This document shows positions 50,631 through 63,510 of a stretch of DNA of 64,000 nucleotides, piece after piece; the stretch's first letter is position 1; each line of letters opens with the position of its first letter. This DNA is from Octopus bimaculoides (lineage: Eukaryota): assembly GCF_001194135.2 (NCBI RefSeq), contig NC_068984.1, positions 32,237,978 to 32,301,977 of the forward strand, read 5' to 3'. Under the pieces are notes generated by a model. That model was given only the letters and a program-made list of their open reading frames with translations. It was not told the DNA's origin and did no database searches. The position numbers and the translations under genes were made by a program.

Positions 50631-52659
50631 TTATAGACTTTTGGCATGTATGTATATGTGTGTGTGTATGTATATAGGTATGTGTGTGTGTGTATGTATG
50701 TATGTATATATGTATGTAATGGTGTGATAAATAGGGTTATAAGCATCTTGATCACAAATAGCCAGAGACTAAACAACAACACAAACATTTAGAGACAGTC
50801 TAGAACACTCTTGAACACTATTAGTATGCCATCCTAAGATCACTTTTCCTCCTATTCATTCTAGGCAAAGTATTTGCTTTATTGTTATTGTCACACTTCT
50901 TAATAGCAATTTTAATTACTTCATTTATCTTATATTGGCATGTAAAACAGGTTTCTCTCCAAGCTAACCATCGATGTCATCTAGTTTCTAAGTAATGGTT
51001 ACAACTACGTTTTTCCTTTCTCTCATGTATAAATATTTAAATCTTTTACGTCAATACACCAGCATATTATTGAGTAGCTCTCAGTTAAGTGTCCTTTAGG
51101 AATACTCATCTGTCTGGTGTGTTAGTTGTTTCTGTATCAAAAGAGCCAATCACCAGTATTAGGTGAGCTTAGTATACGTTTTATATATACTTCAACAGCC
51201 GTTAGTGTGTTCCTGTTTGGGTCTGTCAAAATATATTAAGAATGAATAGGTACATCATTGTTTCAATTTCGTTTCTGTTCGACATTCAATGTGATTGTTC
51301 ATTATCAGGTTAACAGACATCAACCCACATCAACAACTAATTTGCTTGCTGATTTCTATAAAGAAAAACCACCACTCTTGTTTAGATTTATTGATCAAGG
51401 GGATAATTTTGACAGCAGAGAAACAACCAGGTCGAAACACTAAGGTATCTCAAACCCACCTTATGTGAATGAGATTAGTGTTATGTTAACATACATTATC
51501 TAAAGTAAGTGTACGTTCTCTGAAGATGAAATACAACAGTGATTGATATACTCATGTTTGGGTCTGCCAGAACATATGAATAGATGCATCATTGCTTAGA
51601 TTCTTATTTTTTCTGCATCCACATGCTGTATAACATTTTGCACTCCAAATATAATAGCATAAAGAAACACTTGGATTATAGTATAACCTTTTTTGTCTTT
51701 TTTTGTTGCTGCAGTTTTAATTATTTATTTCCAATCAAATCTGAGCAAGCAAATGTATAACTAAGAGAGTTCTAGCAGTGACCACCTTCTCTCTTTTGTA
51801 TGTCTAGAACAACCTTTCATTTAATGGCTTTCTTTAGAAACACTGCTACAAACACTAAACAGAGATACAAGTACACATGTTCTTATATATCTACTTTTAT
51901 ATATGCATACATACACACATGCACACACATATATTAGTGTAAGTATATTTATATACATATATATATATACATGTCTGTCTATATGCATGTATATGTATGC
52001 AAGAACATTCACTGTAGATTTATCAAGTTTAATATTGTGGACTAGTAACATGTCCTCTTCTACTAAAATTCTGGGTATGTCTCCAGACACATGCAATATA
52101 CACACGAGTGCTTTTATACACCATAAGTCCTATCATGGTAAGTAATGCAGTATTTTGTGTTCTAAGCCAACACCCACTTTAAGTTGGTGATGAATATTAG
52201 CATTTGTATTAATAATGCTTCTGTCACTATTAATTATATATGCACACATATAGTGACTCAGACGTTAATATCATCAAGCATGCGAGGAAATTAGTACTAT
52301 TTTGAACGATCCTACCTAGGTTAAGAAAAGCAATGGTGAATTATTCAATGTGTGTTTGAGTATGTACAATGAATAAGAACTATATATGGTTTGGGGATAT
52401 ATATTCTGGATTGTTTACATACAGAATTCTAATAATCAAGTCTGTGTGTATACAAGGATGACAACTTTATTATTACTGGAGATATGAATGGACATAAGCA
52501 TGATAAGCTTAAGAAGGATTGTGTTGCATTCCTCTAGTGCATGATCTTAAACACTGCAGTTTAGAAGAATCTAGGTAATGCCAATACTTTAGATATTAAG
52601 ATCTACAACCCAAAAGTCTTAGGTATTTTTGTAAGTATATCAAGAGGTTATTATATATT

Positions 52660-52860
52660 GGTTTCAAATTTTGGTGCAAGGTCAGTATATGGAAAGGGGT
52701 TAAGTCAATTAGATCAACCCCAGTGCTCAAATGGTGCTTATTTTTATCAACTATGAAAGGTGAAGTGAACCTCAGAGGAATTTGAACTTAGAACATAGAC
52801 AGATGAAATGCCACTAAGCATTTTGCCTGTTGTGCTTGTGATTCTGCTAGTTCACTGCCC
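52660..52860 (-). mobile_element. decayed OK-like SINE
   Basis: gaatttgaacttagaac...ctaagcattttgcc...ttctgctagttcactgcc. Confidence 0.7.
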
Positions 52861-52939
52861 TAAGATTATTATATATTAATAAAGATTTTAGTCACTAGCC
52901 CTTTATACTAAAGAAAATAGTTTGTAACATAAATAAGTG

Positions 52940-53730
52940 AATATACTCTTTGTCATCTGATGAGGAAACTTTAACAAGGTCTCTTTGTCCTACAATGACA
53001 TACTTAGTCAAAACGAATTCTCTGATGAGATCCATTATGCTGGCAGCAAAATTAATCCTATGTTATTTTGGAGAACTAGATTTAGAAAGGTTTTGTAGTT
53101 CACACAATATTTTGTATTAATACCAAAAATAATGTTGTGAGAGAACATTTAAATTTTGTATTTAGTATCTTGGCATTTTCCCCAGGAGCCATAAGTATAT
53201 TAGAATTTTTAGCACAAGTATCTTGAATGTTAGCTACTTTTGACTTTTTTGGCACCAACATAATGTAAATAAACTCAGTAAATATAATGGATATGATGAC
53301 GGGTCTCAAGGCAATTCAAAGATCTTAGTAATTGCCTTGTTAATGGTAATTTCTTGATGGTAATTATTTGTTTACAGGGCTAAGATTCAGATTGATAATA
53401 GCCTTTCATCCAAAACGTCCACCAGAGCCACAGAAAACAGCTTCAAAATGAGATTTAATCAATACAAAAATTTCTTAAAGACCCACACAAAATGGGTCAT
53501 CAAAGAATTTATAAAAACATGTATAGCAATTAAAAAAAAATTGATTCTGCCCCTTTCAAAATCCAATATTCTGTTTTGGAAAAAGCAAGCTCACGCAACC
53601 AAGGATTCTACTACTATTCTATGAAACGCTTGTTATGCTTAAGTAAAAAATATTTCAGTTGGTTTCAAGACAAATCAACCTAAAACTGTAAATCTGAATT
53701 GTTGAAAGCATTTTTCAGAGTTACTTATTT
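52940..53730 (+). mobile_element. Penelope-like element 3' half (RT linker plus GIY-YIG endonuclease), pseudogenised
   Basis: SYNDILSQNEFSDEIHY..RFRKVL*F; FPRSHKYIRIFSTSILNVSY; NCLVNGN; YRAKIQ...RATENSFKMRFNQYK; LLCLSKKYF..QDKST*N.KSELL, in the order expected for Neptune-like PLEs. Confidence 0.75.
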
Positions 53731-53975
53731 CAAAATATTCACCTCTGAACAATTAATATAATAACATTAACATTAACATTGCAACTTCTCACCATATATT
53801 CGTTTTTACTGTTTTTATCATATTTTCAAATATGTCGGTTGTAGTTTCAAGTTTTGTCCGCTTTGAATTTCTTTCTTTCTGGTTAGTGCAGTCGATCTAT
53901 ATATATATTTCTAAGAATTTTCTTCTGTTTATTATTTTATAAAAACTTTTATCAACCAACATATGGTTATACATA

Positions 53976-55256
53976 TTAGTTCATGCCATAAATAATGTGG
54001 TTTTTTCAATTGCATGAACTAAAATTTGGAGGGTGTATGGGATAAACTACCTGCACGACTTGCTATAAAAGCAGATAGCAATTTTACCATTTACTTATTC
54101 TTAGTGCAAGTTTTGAAGAGTGCAGTTCAATTTTAACAGTTATTTTTTCAAAGCTATAATAGAAATGACAAAGGAATTTATTCAGCATATTTTGCTTCAT
54201 GAGTTCAATAAAGCAACAAGGCAATGGAAAGTATGAGGAATATCAAGGCAGTATATGAGGATTGGACAATAAGTGTAAGCCAGTGTCAACAGTGATTCCA
54301 GAAATTCCAAGCTGGAAACTACAGCCTAGAGGAGGACCCTCATCCTGGAAGATCTGTAGAGCTCAATGAGGATGTCCTGCAGACCCTGATGGAAGAAAAT
54401 CCCATCGTAACCATTGAGGAGCTAGCAGAGAAGCTTGGATTTGATAAGTCAACTGTTCATCGACACCTGTGTGCCACCTGATAAGTCAGTAAATTGTGTC
54501 AATGGGTTCCTCACAAACTTTCCGAGTCTTATCACATGCAAAGAGTGAATGTGTGCTCTTCTTTGCTGTCCTGTCACGTCTCACGAATGAACCTTTCTTG
54601 GACCAAATAGTGACTGGTGACAAGAAATGGGTTCTCTATAAAAATGTCAAGCATCGAAGACAGTGGGTATGGAATGGAGAAACAGTGGTCTTCATCCATG
54701 TAAGGTGTTGTTATCTGTTTGGTGGGATATGAAAGGTTTAGTAAACTTTGATCTTTTAAACCCAAACCAAACCATAACAAAGAAGATCTACTGTGAGTAG
54801 CATGAACAGCTTAAGTCAGCAATAGAAGAAAAATTACCATCTTTGGTTTCAAGACGAAAGGCGTTCTTCCATCAGGATAATGCTTGGCCACATGCAGTGA
54901 GGATGACATTCGAAAGGTGGGAGCAATCTGAATGGGAAACGATGCCCCACTCACCATATTCATCAGACGTTTCCTCATCTGATTATCATTTATTCTGCAG
55001 TCTTCAAAATCATTTGGACGGAAAAAATATGAATTCTGTAGACGAGGTCAGAACAGTACTGGAGGAGTATTTTTCATCACGGACAAGTAAATTTTGGAAG
55101 AGGAACCTTGCAAGTCTGCCAGAGGGGCACTGCAAGTCTACCAGAGCATTGTAGAAAATGAAGGAGAGTATATTTTAGATCAAAAACCAACTTTGTTCAT
55201 CTTAATATTAAAAAATAAAAGAAGTATAAAAATACATTATTTATGGGATGACCCAA
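53976..55256 (+). mobile_element. full-length (1281 bp) defective mariner, DD34D
   Basis: TIRs ttagttcatgccataaataatg / cattatttatgggatgacccaa with TA flanks. Transposase from ATG 54165 to about 55181 with WVPHKL, VTGDKKW, HQDNA, YSSDVSSSDYHLF, plus stops and frameshifts. Confidence 0.95.
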
Positions 55257-55259
55257 TAT

Positions 55260-55625
55260 ACCAGTGCCATGGCCAATGCCAGTGCTGCACTGATTCGCAC
55301 CCATACTGGTGGCATGTAAAATGCACCATTTGAGCATGGTCGATGTCAATGCCGCCTGACTGGCTCCTATGTCGGTGGCATGTAAAAAGCACCATTTGAG
55401 CGTTGTCGTTGCCAGTGCCGTCTGACTAGCCCCTGTGCCAGTGGCCTGAGAAAGCAACTACAACACACTCAAAGTGGTTGAATTTGAAAGGGCATTCAAT
55501 TTTAGAAACATTGCCAGAACATATTGGAGCCTGGCATAGCCTCCTGGATGGCCAGTCCTCAGTCAAACCATCCAACCCATGCCAGTATGGCAGGTGGATG
55601 TTAAAGAATGTTGATGATGATGATG
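55260..55625 (+). mobile_element. RTE-type 3' UTR with ~65 bp tandem units plus tail
   Basis: Three units of ...gtggcatgtaaaaagcaccatttgagc...ctgactggc... followed by the standard tail and (GAT)n. Confidence 0.75.
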
Positions 55626-55631
55626 ATATAT

Positions 55632-55865
55632 TCTTATTTCTTTATTGCCCACAAGGGGCTAAACATAGAGGGGACAAACAATGACAGACAAAGGGATTAA
55701 GTCGATTACATCGACCCCAGTGTGTAACTGGTACTTAATTTATCGATTCCGAAAGGATGAAAACTAGTTGACCTCGGCGGAATTTAAACTCAGAACGTAA
55801 TGGCAGACAAAATACTGCTAAGCATTTCACCCAGCATGCTAGTGTTTCTACCAGCTTGCCACCCT
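55632..55865 (-). mobile_element. OK-like SINE
   Basis: Same layout as 2692-2924 (tatttctttattgcccacaagggg...ttctaccagcttgccacc). Confidence 0.85.
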
Positions 55866-57896
55866 AATAATGATGGTATATTCTATTACTCATTTGAATT
55901 ATTTGGAGTGATTTTTGACATATCCTTATGCTTATTTATACCTATGTCCTTACATGATTTTAATTGAATTTTATGTTTTTGTTTCATTTGGCCTTTTTCT
56001 GTCTGTGTTTCTGTGCTTTTGTCTTTATCTCCCCTCTACCTTTTAGTTTCTAATCATCTAATTTCTCTGTCTATTGCACTCTTTCTAATTGTTTCCACAT
56101 CCTTATGGAATGTGCTTGTGCCTAGCCTTTCAATAAAAGTTGTCAGCTGTAACTATTAGTATCTTTACAGTTAACTCAATTCTCCTTTCATTTTTATTTT
56201 ATCTTGTCTTTTTCTATTTCGTCTCTCTCCTCTTTCTCTTTTTCTTTTAGCTTATTTGTGTTGCACTTTCTTGCTTGCCTGCAACTCTCCCTTCTTTATA
56301 CTATGCTTAGTTATTTATTTATTTATTTTAGTATTCTAAATTTTTTGCCTTATTTTGATTGATATTCATTTCTCCTTGTCATAATTTTCAATTTTTATTT
56401 CCATCTCTTACAATTTGTTTTATGTTAACTCCGGATTTCTTAAAGGACTTTCTACATCACTTTACTTATTATACATATATATACATATACATATATATAT
56501 ATATATAGGTGAGAGGGAGAGAGAGAGAGAGAGGAATGAATTGTGTTATTTAGTTTTTTAATTCAGTTTTGAGTTGGTTTTAGTAATTTTTTCTATTACA
56601 GTCAATCGTTACCATGCAACAAATTCCTATCATTTTGAGAAATAATAATGCCCTGTCCAATCAGCTTTAAATAGTTTTATTCAAAACGTTCATGGCTGCC
56701 TGATGATGATTGGTGACAGTCTAGGAAGTCTTTATCCCATTTAATCCTAGCTGTGCCATATGACACCACAGAAATTAGGTATAAAAAAAGCAAAACAAAA
56801 CTCTATAACATAGACAGGAACATTAATTTCCATGGAACATGTGTTAAACATGTTAGGAATGGTTATGCCTAGAAATTAAAACACTTATGATATAACATAA
56901 GAAACATATTATTTAAAAAGTGAAATCATATGAAGTAAATTAAAAATAAATGTTAAAGAATCAATGCTAGACCATAGACCATATTAGGAGAAAGTTAAAG
57001 TTTCCCTGTCAAACACACATAAACTTACATAAATGTATGTTTATGTGTGTGTCTGTTTCCCTGATGGATGTGTGCATATATGTTCATAAAGATACACACA
57101 CACACACATAAACACACAAAATTACCTTACAAAAGTTTCGTTTATTTATTTGCCAAGTTAAATAATTGCATCTTGTCTTTCGTTCTTAATTCCTTCAGTG
57201 CTATTCAGTATTATTCCTTTTGTTATTTTTCCCTTCAGTATCATGATTAAGCTGATATCTTTGTTAAATTACACATTCAATTACTTAGCTTAAGATATTT
57301 CCATAAAATACTGATTTTATTTCAAAACAAAAGATACTTGCTGTCATCGGCAGAGAATTTTACTTCTTTGACTGTTTCCTCATACCTGACACAAAACACT
57401 GTGTCGGCAAAAGAGGTCAAGCAAGGTAACATCAGTAGATTTTTATCAATTCTAATTCCATTTTCAGAGATTAACAATGAAGTTAGGAAGACAATTCTGA
57501 TGTAATAACTTAACAGAGTTTCCTTGCAGAAATAATACTCTCGAACTTTTTAACCTTATCAAATGGTGTGGTTCAGAGATTAAAACCCAGTATTATGTAT
57601 CCTCTTCCAGTATACAGTAAATTGATTTATTTAAAGTCTTTTAGTTTATAAAGTAGGTAAATATTGTCATTGTTTTTAGTTTATGTTGTTTTGCTATATA
57701 TTTTGTTGTTTTTGTTGCTCTCTTTTAATTGTTGCTCTTTACTTTTATTCTGTCACAGTTCACTCTCATTGTCAGTCTTTTAATCATTGGATTAGTATTT
57801 TTAGCAGTGGACGATAAGAAGTAAAGGAATAATTTTGATATAACAACAGACACACATACACAAACACACACACACGCACATAAATGATGATCACGT

Positions 57897-57929
<33 letters not shown>

Positions 57930-58535
57930 AAAGTTTGCAAGCTCAGAGAGAAACAGAGCAGATGCATTTGACATTAAGAAAAGCTTACAGTGAATTATGA
58001 TACCACCAATCCTTTGCAATAAAACCTGCATTTTTATTATAGCACTTCAAATGTCTCCAAACCATTTGGCTAGCTTCTAAACTAATCTCTTTATTTGTTG
58101 ATACCTATTGCATCTATTTTTATAGCTCACACAAAACTGTCTATCTATAAGTTGTGCCTAGTATCTGAGAAAGCTGAATCTTTAAACATTTTTCCATGAC
58201 TTCTGTTTACTCCACCTTTTAAAAACTAATGGTAAGTTTAAACTTCTCTTTCAATATGTTTCTTGGTTTGTTTTAAATGGATATCAAATTACATGCCAAA
58301 ATAATTTTTTTTTCACATTCTGTAAACTTTGCTTTGAATGAACATATTTGTACTGTTGAATAAAAATTGCTTCAGACTTTCTCAGGTAACACCATTATGA
58401 ATAAAACATGCAAGTGAGAAAGTAACAAAGATGCCACAATATAGATGCATTACCTGCTAAATGTAGCAGTCAGTCAAACCTCTCTTGTCATGATAAAGCA
58501 AGCACCAACTGGATAAAGTATATTTATATCTGTGG

Positions 58536-58720
58536 CACGTAAAAGCACCCACTACACTCTCTGAGTGGTTGGCGTTAGGAAGGGCATCCAGCTGTAGAAA
58601 CTCTGCCAAATCAGATTGGAGCCTGGTGTAGCCATCTGGTTTCACCTGTCCTCAGTCAAATCGTCCAACCCATGCTAGCATGGAAAGCGGACGTTAAACG
58701 ACGATGATGATGATGATGAT
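58536..58720 (+). mobile_element. RTE-type tail, near-identical to 9-183
   Basis: 4 mismatches counted by eye over about 165 nt. Confidence 0.85.
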
Positions 58721-60137
58721 ATCTCTAAAGAAAACAAGGAATGGCCAAAACCTGAATGCCCTTATCAGAGATGCCATGAATCTAAACATCATCCTCATCA
58801 TCATCATCAGCAACAACAACTAGTCAGCTGAAAAATTCTCTTTTCAATCAATATGTTTTATTATACCATACTAGTGCCACAAATAACATTTAATAATACT
58901 AATAAAATACTAATAACAGATAATAATACTAATGAGATATAACATTAACAAAAGATAATACTATTGCTTAGATACAAAACTGTGTGAGCAAGCCATGAGT
59001 ATGTTTATATTCATAAAGAATAAACCAAAAAGAAATTTCACCTATTCAGGTAAAAATTAAAAAATAAATAAGCTGCCACTGAAAAAGATTTATAGTTTAA
59101 CTGTATCAAACGGAGTTTTATCATGTGAATCGTTTGTATTCTTTTCATTTTCTTTGGAAAGAGAACTTTTGTCATCTCAGCATTTCAGTTCATTGGAGAC
59201 AAAATTAAAACACAATCACAATGACCTGTTAGTTTTTATGTCATTTGTTTTTGCTTTTTGTTAAATCATTTCTTTTTCATTATTATTGATTGGAGAAATG
59301 TTTTTCTTTCTTTATATCAGTTCAATATTTACATTGTGCAAATATTTACAATAGCATACTAAGGGAAATCATTCAAATGTTATGTAATCTGTACCTATTT
59401 TCTTCAATACTATTTTCCTTAATTCTTTGCTGTCTCTTAGCCAATTCATTTATAATTCTGTAAAACTATTCATTCCCACTAAATTCTATGCTAAATGTTT
59501 TAAGTCAATATTTTCTTTGTTCATAACTTTTGAATATGAAGGTTGGGATGTTATTGCTAAAAATAATTCTGACACTACTTTCTGAACTGACCCTATTCAA
59601 GATGTCTTAAGTATGGCAGAAACACCAAGATATTTGATCTGAAACAGTTCATGTCTGATGTTACACAATCCGTTTTAAAGAATTAGTTATGAGATTTCAT
59701 AGTTTTGAACTAAACACAACATACATATGTGTCTCTTAGACATACAAACTAATAATTGTGCTTAACTCTTTCCTGCAATTTATTGCCATTGTAATTATCC
59801 TGGTTAACAAATATATGTTCCTCCAAACAACATTCTATTAGTATGAAGCTAATTTGGAAGGGTGTTCTACAACTTGTAATCAACACACTTCAGGCACAGT
59901 AGATAAATAAGCATTATTAATCTCACATTTACAAACATGGCTTATTCATAATGATCATCTACCCATCCATACACCCGGGTAACTTATGATTTATTCTGCT
60001 TTGTTTTTTGACGACTCATTCATTCTTTGCAGTTAGCAATTAATGAAGCAATGCTGTCTAAATATTTGCAAAATTATTAACTTTTTTCAATTACTAAGCA
60101 GATAAACAGTCAAATCCATTAAATATCCAATATATAA

Positions 60138-60139
<2 letters not shown>

Positions 60140-60177
<38 letters not shown>

Positions 60178-60380
60178 ATACAGTGAAAACAAGAGAGAGA
60201 GAGAGAGAGAGAGGGAGAGAAGGAGTGAGGGAGAGAGAGAGAGAGAAGGAGTGAGGGAGAGAGAGAGAGAGAAGGAGTGAGGGAGAGAGAGAGAGAGAAG
60301 GAGTGAGGGAGAGAGAGAGAGAGAAGGAGTGAGGGAGAGAGAGATGGAGAGACAAAGAAGGAGAGAAAGGGAGAGAGAGA
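60140..60380. repeat. (CA)n followed by GA-rich minisatellite (gagagaaggagtgaggga units)
   Basis: About 5 units visible. Explains the SLSL-rich ORF. Confidence 0.95.
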
Positions 60381-62454
60381 AATTACATATTTGTTATTAT
60401 ACACTTATACACACATGCACACAGAAACCCTATGTTTATTTACTTTCATGCAAAATGTACGAGTGCTAAATTAATACTTATAATTGACATTTTTGTAGGT
60501 TGTGTGTATGATGGCATTTAGCTTGTGTGGGTGCAAGTGTGTTTACAGATACATTCACATGTACAAATATATGATTCAATAACTATATAATTTAGGATGT
60601 TTTCCAATATTTTCATTCCTACCAGTATTTCTCCTTGGCAACGCATTTAAATAAATGAAAATATCATAAAAGTACTTTACCTCAATCAAGTTTTCTAGAC
60701 GTTTTTGAATAACGCTGTGTTTGTCTGAATGATTTATAATAGTTCTATGGTTTTAATTATTGTTTATTATTTGTTAACAGGGTTATTTATTTGCATTGGT
60801 CAGCTTTTCAGTCATGCACTAGTGTCTCTGACATTTTCCTGTATTTCGTTCATTTAATACGCTTTCTAATATTTTTTAAAATAATTAAACGTTTTTATTT
60901 TGTTCTTTTATTTTATCTTGGTTCATAAGTACACATTGTATTTTATATTTTTTGTATATTGTCAACATTTCTAATAGATGAGCTATAGAATATATTGGCT
61001 TTATTTTCAACTGATTGCAACAATGTTCAGCTTCAATTAATGGTGTAAAAGGACAAAGAATAATAAATGAAAATTTTATGGCTCTGAGAGGTATTCAAAA
61101 ACATTTGTATTTAAAATATTTTATTACAAAGTTCACTTTTTATCATTAAAAGATGCAACGATATTATTACGAAATTAATACTGACAGTCAAAAATTTGTT
61201 TCTATAAAAATGCAGAAATCTTTTGTGAAAAATTTCCAAGAGTTCCAAAAGGATGAAACATCTTTATCAATTATCATCAAACTGATATTTCTGTACTTAA
61301 TGTTTCAGTCTCTGAAAAAGTGAGCTGAGCAGCAGAGCTGCAAAGAGATATATAAGTGGATTGGAAAAGTGATTTGGTTGCTTGGTTGTTTTGGTTTGCA
61401 GGCTGGTTGGTTTGTTGGTTGGTGGATGGATGGATCAACAGCTGGATGGACATATATGGTTTGTTGGACTGAGTTATGTTGTTGGTTTCATAAACAGCTA
61501 ATTTGATTCATAATTTGGGAGATACCCAGAGAGAGAGAGAGAGAGAAATAAAGATAAAAGCAAATTGATAATGGTATCAAATAGCTTTAGAAACAATAAC
61601 TGCTTGAATTACAAGCTGTTTACCCAATATATTTAAGGGAAGGAAGGTATGAAATTAAGATTCTGTGCTAATAAACCACCCAATCGGGCTTGATGGTTGA
61701 CTAAGTTGAGCATCTTACCCGAAACATTTCAAGCAGTTTCTCAAAAGAGTTGAGGAATGAATCTTGCACTTGGGTAAATAATCAGAAAAAAACTGAATTG
61801 AATTAAATAACAGTTTATAATTATAATTAAATAAAAGTTTATAATTATAAACTTTTATCCAATAAAACACTAATTCAAAAGTTTTACTAATATAATAGAA
61901 AAATTAACTCTTCTTTGTGTACTAAACTTCCCTTTCTATAAAAAAACTACCTGCTATTCTCTCATCAATAAAATAAAGAGCACAGCTATAGAACAACAAC
62001 AACAACAACAATAATTATTAGCTAATTAATGTTAAGATTATGTCTCTGAATGTCAAAAGAGATTTTATATTCTCACTATTTGAACTCAGTGTAGCAAATA
62101 AGATATCTTCAAAAATTCTTCGCAAAATCTTTGAATTTTGAATGAGGGGCGTGTTTTAATGTCTAAATCACACACACGCACGCGCGCTTGATAAGTAAAT
62201 AAATATATAAAACCTGAAAAGTTCAAGCTAAAAGTTTTTGTTGAATAATTTTGGTGAAATGTGATGTGGATTGTTTTGATTAGAATGTTCCACAAAAGCA
62301 ATGAAGTATATAATATCTGTGTCACTGATAGGACAAAGTTATTTCCTATCCATGTGTTGATGTACTTTTTAAGTGCATCAACACATACAATCTAATGTAC
62401 ACAAGACATTTAGAACGCAAGGCAATATTTATGAACAATCGTATTGAAACCTGA

Positions 62455-62790
62455 ATCATCGTCATCATGGGTTGGACGATTTGACTGAGGGCTAGCAAGC
62501 CAGAAGCTTGCACCAGGCACCAATCTGATCTGGCAAAGTTTGTACAGCTGGATGCTCTTCCTAGCACCAACAACTCCAAGAGTGTAATGGGTGTTTTTTA
62601 CGTGCCACGAGGAGGGCTAGTCAGGTGGTACTGGCATTGACCACGCTTGAACGGTGCTTTTAATGTGCCACCAGGACGGGACCAGTCAGCCAGCACTGGC
62701 ATCAACCACACTCAAATGGTGCTTTTTATGTGCCACTGGCATGGGAGCCAGTCAGGCGGCACTGGCAGCAATCACGCTCGAATGGTGCTT
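62455..62790 (-). mobile_element. RTE-type tail with ~65 bp tandem units
   Basis: atcatcgtcatcatgggttggacgatttgactgagg...gctggatgc...aatggtgctttt repeated three times. Confidence 0.8.
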
Positions 62791-63333
62791 TTTACATATA
62801 TTTAAATGCTAAAATCATATATTCATGAAACTAAATTCAAATTTTACTTGAAAAATATCTACCAGTACATGCAAACAGCACATTCTAGAGCAAACATCAC
62901 ATGCTAGATCAAACATCACATGCTACAGATTTAGTTAAAGCAATATGCATTCCATATTAGTTTTTAAGCCAGTTACTGCCTGTTGTGTGCAGCATTTAAT
63001 TCATTTATTCTGCCCCATTTATAGACATAGTCAACTGAAGATATTAAAAAATTTTCTATAGATATTTAGAAATCCATGTCAAGAGCCACAATGTAATAGT
63101 TGTCTAGATATTGAAAAGTATTTCAAACAATACATATAGATTTGTTTAAGATGAGAAGAAAATATATCAGTTCTGATGACAAATGCATAAATTTATTTAC
63201 CAAATAATCTCTATGATGTTATAGCTTTAAAACACATGACTTCGGATGCTGAATATGACAGATGTATTCTAGCCTATGTAACAGAATCTAAAAGTGTATA
63301 TGTGGCTCTCAACTTATTGAATAACAAGAATAT

Positions 63334-63510
63334 TCTTTTCTACTATAGGCACAAGGCCTGAAATTTGGAGGAGGGATACTTGATTTATCGACTCTGAAAG
63401 GATGAAAAGCAAAGTCAACCTCGGTGGAATTTGAACTCAGAATGTAAAGACGGACGAAATACTGCTAAGCATTTTGTCCAGCATGCTAACGATTCTGCCA
63501 GTTCACTGCC
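63334..63510 (-). mobile_element. OK-like SINE with alternative tail and 17 bp TSD
   Basis: TSD ttgaataacaagaatat at 63317-63333 and 63511-63527. Confidence 0.88.

Noticed and set aside
52950-53050. Two CTGATGAG motifs suggesting hammerheads
   Set aside because: No GAAA or helix III in register; both fall within the PLE coding relic (SDE codons).
56695-56760. CTGATGA followed by ctagga/tcctag hairpin
   Set aside because: GAAA core absent; helix I poor.
57345-57505. Two exon-like segments separated by 42 nt, and an LRR-like phrase on the minus strand
   Set aside because: Implied intron is too short, and several frames are open by chance; no consistent model.
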